Shown one piece after another: positions 49,241 through 62,600 of a stretch of 64,000 nt of DNA. A program made the translations under genes and the position numbers. Below the pieces are notes generated by a model. That model saw only the letters and a program-made list of their open reading frames with translations, did not search any database and had not been told where the DNA came from. The stretch is from the NCBI GenBank assembly GCA_951406725.2, contig OX597836.1, forward strand, positions 15,128,001 through 15,192,000. The letters are read 5' to 3'. The DNA is from Octopus vulgaris. Its lineage: Eukaryota. Position 1 is the first letter of the stretch, and the number at the start of each line of letters is the position of its first letter.

Positions 49241-49749
49241 GATAGGTTGTAATCGTTCTCACAGTGATAAATCTCATCTAAGTATGTGTGACGTGCCAGT
49301 TAATACAATCTTTTGCACTTCTTGTATGGATGGTGACCCAGGGATCATTCTCAAATAATTTTCAATTATTTATCCACGTTGTTTTGAATTAATCACGCAT
49401 TATCTCCTCGCATCAAAATTTCAATGATGTAATTGGATATCTTTAGAATAACATAATAATAAGGTGTGAGAACCCAGATCTAACTTGTGTGAACATTAAC
49501 CCTTTAGCGTTCAGATTACTCTGTTAAATGTAATACTTTTTCACTCAAATTGTTTTGAATTAATCATGCATTATCTTATAGCTTTGAGGTTTCAGTGATG
49601 TGATTGTTTATTTTTAGAATGTCAATGTAGGTTAGGTGTGAGAGGCTGGATATTGCCACTTTGAATATAAAACATGTGGAATATATTGGGCCGGATAAGG
49701 CCGGTTTAAACAATAAACGGTTAAACAGGTGGAATACAGGGGCCAGATA

Positions 49750-50133
49750 TACTCTCTTTTACTCTTTTACTTGTTTCAGTCATTTGACTGCGGCCATGCT
49801 GGAGCACCGCCTTTAGTCGATCAAATCGACCCTGGGACTTATTCTTTGTAAGCCCAGTACTTGTTCTATCGGTCTCTTTTGCCGAACCGCTAAGTGACAG
49901 GGACGTAAACACACCAGCATCGGTTGTCAAGCAATGCTAGGGGGACAAACACACACATATATACATATATACGACAGGCTTCTTTCAGTTTCCGTGTACC
50001 AAATCCACTCACAAGGCATTGGTCGGCCCGGGGCTATAGCAGAAGACACTTGCCCAAGATGCCACGCAGTGGGACTGAACCCGCAACCATGTGGTTGGTT
50101 AGCAAGCTACTTACCACACAGCCACTCCTGCGC
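49750..50133 (-). mobile_element. SINE family A
   Basis: Full length, inside a piggyBac MITE. Confidence 0.85.
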
Positions 50134-50554
50134 CAGTTTAAATACTAAATGGTTGAATAAATTCCTCATCTGTTTTAAAGATACCATCTATTTGCAATGA
50201 CATGTCGATTGGGGGCTTTTCTTTGCTAGGTGGTCCTTTGCAATAATATCCGTTCAGTTAGCCTTTGATCTCCCTCCCAATCTGTGTACATTGGCGTATC
50301 CCAGAATATGTTTGCTCTGCCATTGTTGTAGACTTTATCTGATACAGGTCTACACCGTCACTTTTTATTATTACTGTTGTTGTTGTTGTTATCATCTTTC
50401 ATCCTTCATAGGTCAGTTCCCAACCACATAGTTCTGGGTTCAGTCCCATTGTATGTAACCTCAGGCAAGTGTTTTTCTTCTATGCCTATGGACAGCCAAA
50501 GCCTAATGAACAGATTTTGGTGGACAGAAACTGAAAGAAGCCCATCTTATATAT

Positions 50555-50942
50555 ACTCTTTACTCTTTTACTTGTTTCAGTCATTTGACTGTGGCCATGC
50601 TGGAGCACCGCCTTTAGTCGAGCAAATCAACCCCGGGACTTATTCTTTGTAAGCCCAGTACTTATTCTATCGGTCTCTTTTGCCGAACCGCTAAGTGACG
50701 GGGACGTAAACACACCAGCATCGGTTGTCAAGCAATGCTAGGGGGACAAACACACATACATATATATATATATTATATACATATATGCGACGGGCTTTTT
50801 TCAGTTTCCGTCTACCAAATCCACTCACAAGGCATTGGTCAGCCCGGGGCTATAGCAGAAGACACTTGCCCAAGGTGCCACGCAGTGGGACTGAACCTGG
50901 AACCATGTGGTTGGTTAGCAAGCTACTTACCACACAACCACA
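50555..50942 (-). mobile_element. SINE family A
   Basis: Family match. Confidence 0.85.
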
Positions 50943-51194
50943 TATTTGTGTGTATGTTTGTGTTTTTCCCACCACCCCTGCTTCACAGCTGATGTTGGTT
51001 TGTTTACATCCCTATCACTTAGTGGGTTGGCAAAAAAAAGATCGATAGAATAAGTACCAGTCTTTAAAAAAATAGTAATGGTGTTGATTTGGTCAATTAT
51101 ACCATTCAAGGCAGTGCCCCAGCTTTGCCACAGTCCTGTTACTGAAATAGGCAAAAGATAACAGGTAAGTTAGTAGTAGTAATAATAGTAGTTA

Positions 51195-51600
51195 AGAAGG
51201 CAGCAAGCTGGCAGAAACGTTAGCACTCCGGGTGAAATGCTTAGCAGTATTTCGTCTGTCTTTATGTTCTGAGTTCAAATTCCGCTGAGGTCGACTTTGC
51301 CCTTCATCCTTTCGGGGTTGATTAAATAAGTACCAGTTACGCACTGGGGTCAATATAATCGACTTGATAAGTATGTCTGTCTTTGTTTGTCCCTTCTGTG
51401 TTTAGCCCCTTGTGGGCAGTAAAGGAATAGGTATTTCGTCTGTCTTTACGTTCTGAGTTCAAATTCTGCCGAGGTCGACTTTGCCTTTCATTCTTTCGGG
51501 GTCGATAAATTAAGTACCAGTTGCGTACGGGGGTCGATCTAATCGACTGGCCCTTTCCCCAAAATTTCGGGCCTTGTGCCTAGAGTAGAAACGAATAATA
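51195..51600 (+). mobile_element. SINE family B, tandem
   Basis: Two core units. Confidence 0.75.
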
Positions 51601-52061
51601 GTAGTTGAGTCATTCGTGTGCTTTAGATTGTGACTTTTTGTATTATGTGTGAAATTTTCTATATTTCAGCTAATTCTGTGGTATATCGGTGATGTATAGG
51701 CAATTTATCTCATGACTTACCAGTGGAATGTGCCATCAAGAGAGCCTGTTACCAAGTGTTCTATACATTTATAATAAGGTAAACTTAAAACATTACTACA
51801 TCGTTAATAAGTACTGTATGCTTAAATGTGTGTGTGTGTATATATATATATACAACATGTGATCTCTTGAGCACCACCAACTCAAATATTCTTTCCTCTG
51901 TCTTCCCTTCTTGGGATCTTTCCTTCTCCTTGTTTCCAACGAAGAGCTCTGCTCGAAACGTTAAACCCTCCTTCCCTTTCCTGAGCGTCAATAATACTCT
52001 AATTGTTCCACATCCTGCGTTGCTGTGTTTTTTCTTTTTTTCTGTGTTTTCTTGTTTGGAT

Positions 52062-52098
<37 letters not shown>

Positions 52099-52959
52099 GA
52101 TAGATCGTTAGCCACTACACACATTTTTTTCTCTCCTTGTTTTTTCTATGTCCCTTTCTGTAGAAGAGCGTAGGCTCGAAACGTAAAAGACTTTTTCTAT
52201 TCCTGAGCATTATATTAATACATCTGTTTGTTTTGTACACCACCTGTCTTCGTCTTTTGTTTTTTTTTGTAAACTTTCCCTATATATATATATATATATA
52301 TAACGGGAAGCTTTATGAAAATAGACAAAAGACGAAGGCAGGTGGAAAACAAACGAACAATTGTATTAGTATGGCGCTCAGGAAATATAAATAAAATACA
52401 TACACACATACTCACATGTATATTCATTATTAAGAAGGAAGTGGTATTGGTTCGGAATAGCATTCTGTACATCTTATTGTGGATATACTGTAGAAAGCCA
52501 GGGAACTGCAGTGTTCCTCTTGAGAAAGCTTCTCATATAGATGTATATAAAGCACAGAAGTATATCAGTAGTAGATGAAAGGCATCCAGTAGCAGTAAAG
52601 AAATTGCTAAATCTAGATTTTTGCTTCTTTGAGCCTCATCAGTAACAAGTATCCATTATCAACTGCATGCTTAGACAAATTTTGCGTCTCTACTAATATA
52701 GAATAACAGTGATTAACAAATCACTGGTGTTGCAAATAGGCAACCAGCTATTCACTAAATGGATTCTTTAAGCCAAACCAACTGGCAAGAGACTTAGGGG
52801 TAGAACAAGAATGAGATATTATCCATAGACTCATGCATAGGAATCCAACCGAAAAGTGTAATGACAGTTGCTTCTGATAGGACCTTATAGAGGAGGGGCC
52901 TGAACTCTGCCTCTATAACTTGCAGGAGACCTAGGAGTAGACCAAGAAATAAATGGGTG

Positions 52960-53370
52960 GGTATTATCCATAATCTTAGTAGGTAGTGGGTAGCGATTTT
53001 CTTCACTACTTCAGGGAATGACGACCCTGCCTGACATGGGTCCCAGGCTCAGTATGGCCCCTATCCAGGGTTACAGAAAGGAGACAACCTTCAAAGAAAT
53101 CTGGAGTGAAGCCCCGTAAGTGGTTTAGTGTTTGACTTGACACTTTTCCAGCAGCTCCTGCAACCAAGCTGGTGCCAAACGTAATGCTCTGCACTCCTTT
53201 GGACTACGTCAGCGAGGTTGAGAGAGGAATCCTGATGATTGGGCTACCCATGATTTTCTTACATCTAGCCCAGGCCTGCGCATAGGAAACTGGAGAGGAC
53301 ATGAAATGTAAAAACCAGACTGGATTAGTTTATGCGCAACTCCATTGTCTCCCGAGAAAAAAGGATGCCG
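52960..53370 (+). mobile_element. Probable RTE-type LINE 5' UTR fragment
   Basis: gcagctcctgcaaccaagctggtgccaaacgtaatgctctg...gcccaggcctgcgc resembles RTE-type 5' UTRs (from recall); no ORF. Confidence 0.4.
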
Positions 53371-53642
53371 ACAATAAAGTAGGTCATACTTGAGAATCTA
53401 ACGAGAAAGTGCAATGATGGTTGCTTCTCATAGGACCCCATAGAAGAGGTGCCTGAGGATTGTAGCCCCACAACCCTCCAAGGCATAGTGAGCAGAGGAA
53501 ATGGATGGAATATGAAACATTAAAATATCGTGATTTGAGATAATTTCACTCCTTACAAAAGTGTCACAACAGAGGTTGTAATGTACTGTAATAAGAAGAT
53601 GACATAAGTAGTGTTGCTACAAGCTCTTGTTTTTGACCTCTC

Positions 53643-53812
53643 AGGAGTCGCTGTGTGGTAAGTAGCTTGCTTACCAACCTCATGGTTCCGGGTTCAGTCC
53701 CACTGTGTGGCACCTTGGGCAAGTGTCTTCTACTATAGTCTTGGGTCGACCAAAGCCTTGTGAGTGGATTTGGTAGACGGAAACTGAAAGAAGCCTGTTG
53801 TATATATGTATG

Positions 53813-53887
<75 letters not shown>

Positions 53888-54205
53888 ATATATGTGTGTG
53901 TGTGTCTGTATATATATATATGTGTGTGTCTGTATATATATGTGTGTGTGTGTCTGTATATATGTGTGTGTGTGTATGTGTGCGTATATGTTTGTGTGTC
54001 TGTGTTTGTCCCCCCCCCCCCAACATCGCTTGACGACAACAGATGCTGGTGTGCTTACGTCCCCGTAACTTAGCAGTTCGGCAAAAGAGACCGATAGAAT
54101 AAGTACTAGGCTTACAAAGAATAAGTCCTGGGGGGTCGATTTGCTTGACTAAAAGGCGGTGCTCCAGCATGGCCACAGTCAAATAAGTGAAACAAATAAA
54201 AGAAA
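53643..54205 (+). mobile_element. SINE family A with expanded internal microsatellite
   Basis: Family match. Confidence 0.85.
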
Positions 54206-54291
54206 AATCACTGTTTTAAGCTGTCCACTTCACTTTTATCGAGTCCACACAGATACAGTTTCAGGACAGTTCCAACACTTGTAGTCTACAC

Positions 54292-54961
54292 CAGTGCTTC
54301 TCAAACTGTCTGATGTTGTGTACTGGCAGTTTTTTTTTCCCCCCAATGTGTCAGGCACCAGTAATATTTCTTAGTAATATTAATTTATACCAGAAACAAT
54401 ATATCATCATCACCATCGTTTAACGTCCGCTTTCCATGCTAGCATGGGTTGGACGATTTGACTGAGGACTGGCGAACCAGATGGCTGCACCAGGCTCCAA
54501 TCTTGATCTGGCAGAGTTTCTACAGCTGGATGGCCTTCCTAACGCCAACCACTCCGAGAGTGTAGTGGGTGCTTTTACGTGCCACCGGCACAGGGGCCAG
54601 TCGGGCAGTACTGGCAACGGCCACTCTCAAATGGTGCTTTTTACGTGCCACCAGCACAAGGGCCAGTCAGGCGGTACTGGCAATGGCCACAAAAAAATTT
54701 TTTTTTATAGATACACACATACACACCACGATGGGGGTTCTTTCAGTTTCTGTCTACCACATTCACTCACATTATATATGTATAATGAATATAATAAAAG
54801 TTGACAATATTTTTATCATATATTTATTTTGTAAACAAATAATACACTATTACATAAGCATTTTATAATGTTGTTTTCTTTTCTGGAGACTCACCACGTA
54901 CAGGCAACTGATGGCTCTTAGACCGGCACCGGTCCACGGACCACCACTTTGAGTAGCACTG
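54292..54961. mobile_element. hAT-type MITE with a nested RTE 3'-end insertion
   Basis: TIRs cagtgcttctcaaa / tttgagtagcactg; 8-bp TSD gtctacac/ttctacac. Confidence 0.8.
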
Positions 54962-55941
54962 TTCTACACCACCACCACCACCACTATCAAGTTAGAGGGC
55001 TTGCACTTTCTATGGTCATTCAAAACTGTCCGAGGGTGGTTGTGCACATCTTTACATTTCCCCAGTCATCCCACAAAGCCATTAAAAAATCAGTAGAAGT
55101 GATTTTTTTGTGAATTTTCTATCCAAAACCCAATCAAAATGCTTGAAACTTGATACGCCAGTTGAATGCCAGCTAGCTGTATGTGATTGGTCGTAGATTC
55201 AGACAGTACTCGCATGTATGTGCACATGCACGCAGCTGTATATGCATACACTAGCATTATGACCCGGCATTGCCGGGTCATAGTGCTAATTATTATTAAA
55301 GCAGCAAGCTATCAGAACTGTTAGCACACCAGGCAAAATGCTTAACTGCATTTCATCTGCTGCTAAGTTCTGAGTTCAAATTCTGCACAGGTCAACTTTG
55401 CCTTTCATCCTTTTGGGGGTCGATTAAATAAGTACCAGTTATGCACTGGAGTTGATGTAATCGACTCATCTTCCCCCCCAAAAAAAAAAAAATTTCAGGC
55501 CTTGTGCCTATAGTAAAAAGAATTATTATTATTACCTCCACCTTTGCAAAGGCAGAGGTATTGTTTTCAGTTGTGTTTGTTTGTTTGTCTGTCCATGGAC
55601 AAGATATTTCAAGAACCACTGGATGGATTCAGATGAAACTTTCAGAGATGTTTGGCCTCACGACTGGCATAAAATGATTAGATTTTGGGATTGATCCAGC
55701 ACTGGACAAGGATTATGGATTATTTATTATATTTACTTTACTTTACATGAAGTATTATGATCTTATATTGACTTTCAAGTCTTTCTCTGATTATCTACCT
55801 TGAAAGCACTGGGGTCTATGTAATCGACTTAACCTTTCCCCGAAGCTGCCAAAATATGAAACTGTTGTTGGTGTTGTTATTATTATTGTTATTATTATTA
55901 TTATTATTATCTCTTAAATTTTTTAAATAGGCTACACCATA

Positions 55942-56263
55942 ATGTCTGCAGCTGTTGCTGAAGAACAGTCCACAGACTCCAATGTGGAGCTTCCTGCAGT
56001 GGAATCAATCAAGCTGGAAGGTGCTGTCCTCGATCCTGTGAACCTCACCAATGAACAGGAATTTAATGGACACTGTGGAATCACACTTGAAACCTTACCT
56101 TATGAATTACTGTTGTTAGTTTTTAACTATGTGGATGCTGGTCATCTCATTAGATCTGTGTCCAAAGTGTGTCAAAAGTTCCATGTCTTGTTGTCATCAG
56201 AAACTTACTGGAAGACCCGATTGACTGCCTGGTACAGCCCAGATAGGTACCCACCTGTTTCAG
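55942..56263 (+). CDS. FBXW9: FBXW9-like coding exon 1 (F-box)
   Basis: Acceptor aaatag ends at 55930, ATG at 55942, donor cag|gtagga. Confidence 0.85.
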
Positions 56264-59200
56264 GTAGGAAATTTTATAATGTTGGTGTGTGTGTGTGTGT
56301 GTGTGTGTAGGTTTAGGACTGAAACAAGCATGTTGTGTGTTTGTATGTGTGCACTCTTTTACATCAACACACCTGCTTCTGTCCTCTTTCTTGGACCTCT
56401 CTTCTCTCTCTCTGACCGGGTAACCATGTACCTCCTCTATATATAAATATATGTATGCATATTTCTCTATAAATGTGTGTGTATATAAATATGTGTATGA
56501 ATATTTCTCTATAAATGTGTGTGTATATAAATATAAATATGTGTATGAATATTTCTCTATAAATGTGTGTGTATATAGATACAAATATGTGTATACATAT
56601 TTCTCTATTAATGTGTGTGTATATAGATATAAATATATGTATGCATATTTCTCTATAAATGTGTGTATATATAAATATAAATATGTGTATGAATATTTCT
56701 CTATAAATGTGTGTGTATATAGATACAAATATGTGTATACATATTTCTCTATAAATGTGTGTATATATAAATACAAATATGTGTATACATATTTCTCTAT
56801 AAATGTGTGTGTATGTTAACTTATGTTATTGTTGTTCCTGTTGTTTCCTATCAGACCTGAGCGAAGACTTTGACTGGCAAGAAGCCTGTTTAGCGACAGA
56901 AGAATCTTATGGTTTTTGGCAGAACAACTCGCAAAAGACAGAATGCATCAGAATCAGCAACATGTCGTCCGGCTTCAGCGATTCCGTACATTTTCTAAAG
57001 GTGATCTAATTTTTTCTGTGTTCTTGTGTTTTTTGTGTTTTTTTGCACTTGCTTCAAATTATTGGACTGCAACCCTGCTGGAGCACTGCATTTCAAGAGC
57101 TGTTTAGTTTCTTGCACCAAACTGCAGTGCATTTATCTTGTAAACTTATTGTCTCAATCCTTGTCAGAAAAAGGGTGAAGTTCACCTTGGTGTACAGGGA
57201 AGGATCTAAGTAAATTCCACTAGATATTTTGTTCATTCTATTATTGATTCTACCAACCCACCGATACCGCACCCACATCCACGCACATGACGGATTGTAA
57301 ACTATTAGACTGTGAACAGCTGGAGCTCAAAAGGTCACAGATCGAGCTGCTGGACCGCGAACGATCGAAATGTGAACCGTCTGTCAACGAACTGTTGGTC
57401 AATGAACCGTCGGTCAACGAACCATCAGTCAATGAGTCAGCTCACACCATTGTTTCTCTCAAGATTTCCTGAAAAAGTGATAGAATTACCAAAACTACCA
57501 CCACTACTATGATATCACTAGTACTACAACTAATAATATTACTACTACCACTAGTTCTACTATTAATACAACCACTTGTACTACAACTATTATTGTTAAC
57601 TAGCTGACTATGTGCCGTCAATAATGATGGCTAATTGTAGTATTTTATATATAAATAAGGTACAAAATAAGATCACACAAACATTTACATACTTCCCTTG
57701 TACACGCACACACATATACTTACACAGTTGAAACATTGATTTTTTTTCACCCCTTCCTTTCTCACATTGCTATTACTTTCTCTCGCTCCATCTCCTTCAG
57801 GGCTATTACTCTCACTACTTCTCCTTCACTGAATTACTATTTTCTCTCCTCCTCCGCGTCCGGCATGAATCTGGACAAATATATATGTATATCATCATCA
57901 TCATCATCGTTTAACGTCCGTTTTCCATGCTAGCATGGGTTGGACGGTTCGACTGGGGTCTGGGAAGCCAAGAGGCTGCACCAGGCTCCAGTCTGATCTG
58001 GCAGTGTTTCTACAGCTGGATGCCCTTCCTAATGCCAATCACTCCGTGAGTGTAGTGGGTGCTTTTACGTGCCACCGGCACAGGTATCACAACTACAATT
58101 TCCATTTCATTTTTCGATGTTGATGTACTTGGCTCCAAGCACAGTGTGTGTGTATATATATATATATACAAATATATAAAAACACTATGCTCATTATTAT
58201 TATATTAGGAGATTCTACCACAACTACTACTACCATTACAACTAGTACTTCAGCTACTACTGTTACTATTACTACTACTAGTATTACAACTACTACTATG
58301 ACCACCACTACCACATGTACTAACCCAACAGCAGCAGTCTGTTTTGTGTATGAGACCCTTGTCAATAAGGACCAGTGTGTCATAAGTCCTCTCTGTCACT
58401 CTGTTCCAGGGCAGCCAAGTGTTGCTGGTTGGTTCCAGGGACCATTCTTTGACTGTGATGAACGTGGATAAATTGGTGAAAGACCAACCCAATTCCTACA
58501 GGGAAGCAATTTTGTACTCAGACCACAAATGTCACAAGGTATGTATCTTTTTGTCTGTTACTGGTTTCAGTCATAAGACTGTGGCCATGCTGGGGCAATG
58601 CCTCGAAGAAATTTTAGTTGAATGAATCAATCTCAGTACCTATTTCTTTACTACCCACAAGGGGGCTAAAAACAGGGGGGGGGGACAAACAAGGACACAC
58701 AAAGGGATTAAGTCGATTATATCGACCCCGAAAGGATGAAAGGCAAAGTTGACCTCGGCGGAATTTGAACTCAGAACATAACGGCAGACGAAATACCTAT
58801 TTCTTTACTACCCACAAGGGGCTAAACACAGGGGGAACAAACAAGGACACACAAAGAGATTAAGTCAATTATATGTACCAGTGTGTAACTGGTACATATT
58901 TAATGGACCCCCGAAAGGATGAAAAGCAAAGTCGACCTCGGCGGAATTTGAACTCAGAACATAGTAGCGGATGAAATACCACAAGGCATTTCGCCCAGCG
59001 TGCTAATGATTCTGCCAGATCGCCACCTTCAACCGGTTTCTTTTGCCGAACTGCTAAGTTACAGGCATGCAAACACACCAACACTGGTTGGGGGAACTAA
59101 CACTTTTGAAGATGGTGCATTATGTAACTAACAGCCGTGACATTGGACAGAATCTCATGTAACAATCAGATGATTACAAGGAAGCTGTATTATCATCATC

Positions 59201-59640
59201 ATCATTCAATGTCCACTAACTCCGTGCTCACATAGGTCAGGTGGACATTTGACAGCCAGATGCCCTTCTTGTTGCCAACCCTCCCTTGTTTCCAAGCAAG
59301 GTATTATTTCTTCGTGGCCAGACATGCTTTCATGGAAGATTGGAAATGAAGGGTATTACTTGTGTGACACACACACACAAACACACATTTATATCATTGC
59401 TGTTATGTTAAACTGTTGTATGTCCAAATTTAGCCAGATGCATGTTTCCATTATTTATTTTTGCTTGCAATAGCCGGTTCTTTTGGTCAGACTATTGTAT
59501 CTCCAGCTGCTTCAGATGCCAAGGTATCAAAAATTGTCAAAGTGTAGAACAACAGTTTTGCCATGGAATGGTGAAACTATTTTTTTGTTTTGTGAAAAAG
59601 CAACATTTTGGAATTATAACATTTTTGAATAATAGCAACA

Positions 59641-59693
<53 letters not shown>

Positions 59694-62600
59694 GAGCCGC
59701 AATGGCCCAGTGGTTAGAGCAGCGGACTCGCGGTTTTGATTCCCAGACCGGGTGTTGTGAGTGTTTATTGAGCAAAAATACCTAAAGCTCCATGAGGCTC
59801 CGGCAGGGTGTGGTGGCGGTCCCTGCTGTACTCTTTCGCCACAACCTCCTCCCACTCTTTCTTCTGTTGGCCTGCTCGCTTAGCCAGCAGGGTGGCATCA
59901 TTTGAAGGCTAAAACAATGTGAAGCGCATTGTGACCAGCGATGTGTAGCAACATCTGATAGCCTGGTCGGTCACGGTGATATATATATTGTATATAAACC
60001 GAAGCTGTTATATTTAATTTGACTATCCACATAATCGCCTCCATATCTGCTCACCTAAATTCTTCTTATAGCCATTGGTCCCTTGTAAAGACATTGGAAT
60101 CTAAGTTCGAATCATTTGACTGCTACTAAGTGTTTTTTATGCCAAGAATCTCTAGATCTCATCTGTTGACTATATATATATATGTGTGTGTGTGTGTGTT
60201 TATATATATGGCTGAAGATTGCTCGACATTTTAAAACTGATGTAATGCTTACAGTGTTTAATAAAATGAAGTAGCATGAAACGATTGTACCACATTACCT
60301 TGGATATACTTGTTGCTTATTTTGATTATATATATATATCCTTCATCCTTTCTTTACAGGGCTGGGTATGGTGTTTGAATTCTTACGGTGATCAGTTCTG
60401 CTCTGGATGCTGGGATTCAAATATCCGGCTGTGGGATTCAAACCCTAACATTGCTCTCATTTCTACATTCAGGTAGGGGCTCAGAGGCCACATGCCCTCA
60501 TTCAGAAGGAATGGTCCTTTTTTTTTTCTTTTTTTTTAAAATTTTATTTTAATTTGTATTTTAACCCTGAGAAGAGGGAGCAAGTTACTTGCAGCTTTGT
60601 GAAGGAAGTAAAGAGACAAAGAATGAAAGAAACAGGGAAAGAAAGAAAAGAAAGAAAAAGGTGGGAATGTAGGACAGTAAGAGAGAGAAAAAGAGGAGAA
60701 GAAAATAAAGAAAAAACAGAGAGGAAAAGAAGGAAGGAGGGAAGGATCAAAAACAAAGCCTCAAAAACTGAATACGGTTTGGAGTATGGATTGGGTACTC
60801 TACTGTTATAATTATTTCCTGGGTATTTTAGAGTTTGCTGTATAGATTCAGAAATATTAAATTTCTAAATGTCTCAAAGAGACATGAGCAGTGGTGGAGC
60901 GGTAGAGTGGTTGTATACTGTCAACTTAACGTGACAGTCCCGTATGGGAATTACACCACCGCTGTTTAGCCCTAGGAAACATCGAACGCTTCCTGTCGGC
61001 TTTGACACATTTTCTGTCTCCTTATATTTGTGAAGGGGTTGTGGCTGGCTATATAGATTCGTTACTTCATTATTACTGGGTACCTCTGCACTGACTACAT
61101 TTCACTTTTTCAGGTGTAACTCAGCAGTCTTGGATATCTATATGGAACCAAACTTAATCGTTGCTGGCACCCACTTCAGAACTATGTGCACCATTGACAC
61201 AAGGGAAGGGGTCATTCATGAGGAGAAGCTGCATCGGATGCCCGTCTTGTGCTTGGCAGTCACACAAAAATACATCATTACTGGCAGTGAAGACAGCCAG
61301 ATTTGTGTCTTTGACCGAAAAGCCGGTTCTGTCTTCAAAAAGATTGCTGTGAGTTTTCTGTAGCCTTTCTCTCATCATGTTGTCTATTTTTTGCCACCGT
61401 CGTTTCTCTCCGAAATTGTCATTCTGTTGAGGACTGAGTGATGCTGTCTCTTCTTCCAGCTAGACGAGTACCCAATGTGCCTGACATTCAGCAATAACCA
61501 TTTATGGGTTGGTGACCACGTGGGAAAAATACATCTATTTGATGCTACAGACGACCAATTTAACCTTGTGATGGTGAGTAAATGGCTACTCTTCCCTCCT
61601 CTTGTAATCACATTGTTGTATATTTTTATTTTGCACAAGACGCAGGAGTGGCTGTGTGGTAAGTAGCTTGCTTACCAACCACATGGTTCCGGGTTCAGTC
61701 CCACTGCGTGGCACCTTGGGCAAGTGTCTTCTACTATAGCCTCGGGCCGACCAAAGCCTTGTGAGTGGATTTGGTAGACGGAAACTGAAGGAAGCCCGTC
61801 GTATATATGTATATGTATGCGTGTGTTTGTGTGTCTGTGTTTGTCCCCCCAGCATCACTTGACAACCGATGCTGGTGTGTTTAGGTCCCCGTTACTTAGC
61901 GGTTCGGCAAAAGAGACTGATAGAATAAGTACTGGGGTCGAGTTGCTCGATTAAAGGCAGTGCTCCAGCATGGCCACAGTCAAATGACTGAAACAAGTAA
62001 AAGAGAGAGTAAAAGAGTAAGCTTCATCTAAGCGAAAAAAAAAACAATGATATTGCTTATGTTCTTCAGTGAATTAATATTTTAGTCTTTTGACTGTGAC
62101 CAAGCTGGAGCACTACTTTTGATCCTTTACCATTCAGATAACTATCAAAATGTATGAACAACCTTGTCCAGGCTTGTGCCTTGGAGGGTAACTTTCTAGG
62201 TGCGGTCTCATGGTCGAAGGGGATCTTTACCCTTTTATATGTTCAAATCAAGCAGATCCAGCTTATCACACCTACCCTACAATGTCATTCAAAAATAAAC
62301 AATTGCATCGTTGAAATCACAACACTACAAGATAATGCACGTTTAATTCTAAACAAGGTGAATAAATAAACATTCCATTTGACAGAGTAATCTGAATGTT
62401 GAAGGAATTAATTCTAAAATAACGCTATTTTCAAATTCATGTTTCCCATTTTTTTTCTTGTTTAGTCACATGATTTACGTTCAAGTTCAAACCGGTGCAA
62501 GTTGACCACAATAAGGCATAGCATGGGAGCTTTGTTCACATCATCCAATGAGAGAAACGAAGGAAAAGTTACAATCATGGAACCAACAGCAAATCTGCAA

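Noticed and set aside
57287-57472. ORF with NEPSV repeats in an FBXW9-like intron
   Set aside because: A short 15-bp tandem repeat with no fitting splice sites, not needed for the reading frame.
60888-60970. Twister-like ribozyme in an intronic hairpin
   Set aside because: Some pairing is visible, but the conserved twister core and pseudoknots could not be assigned.
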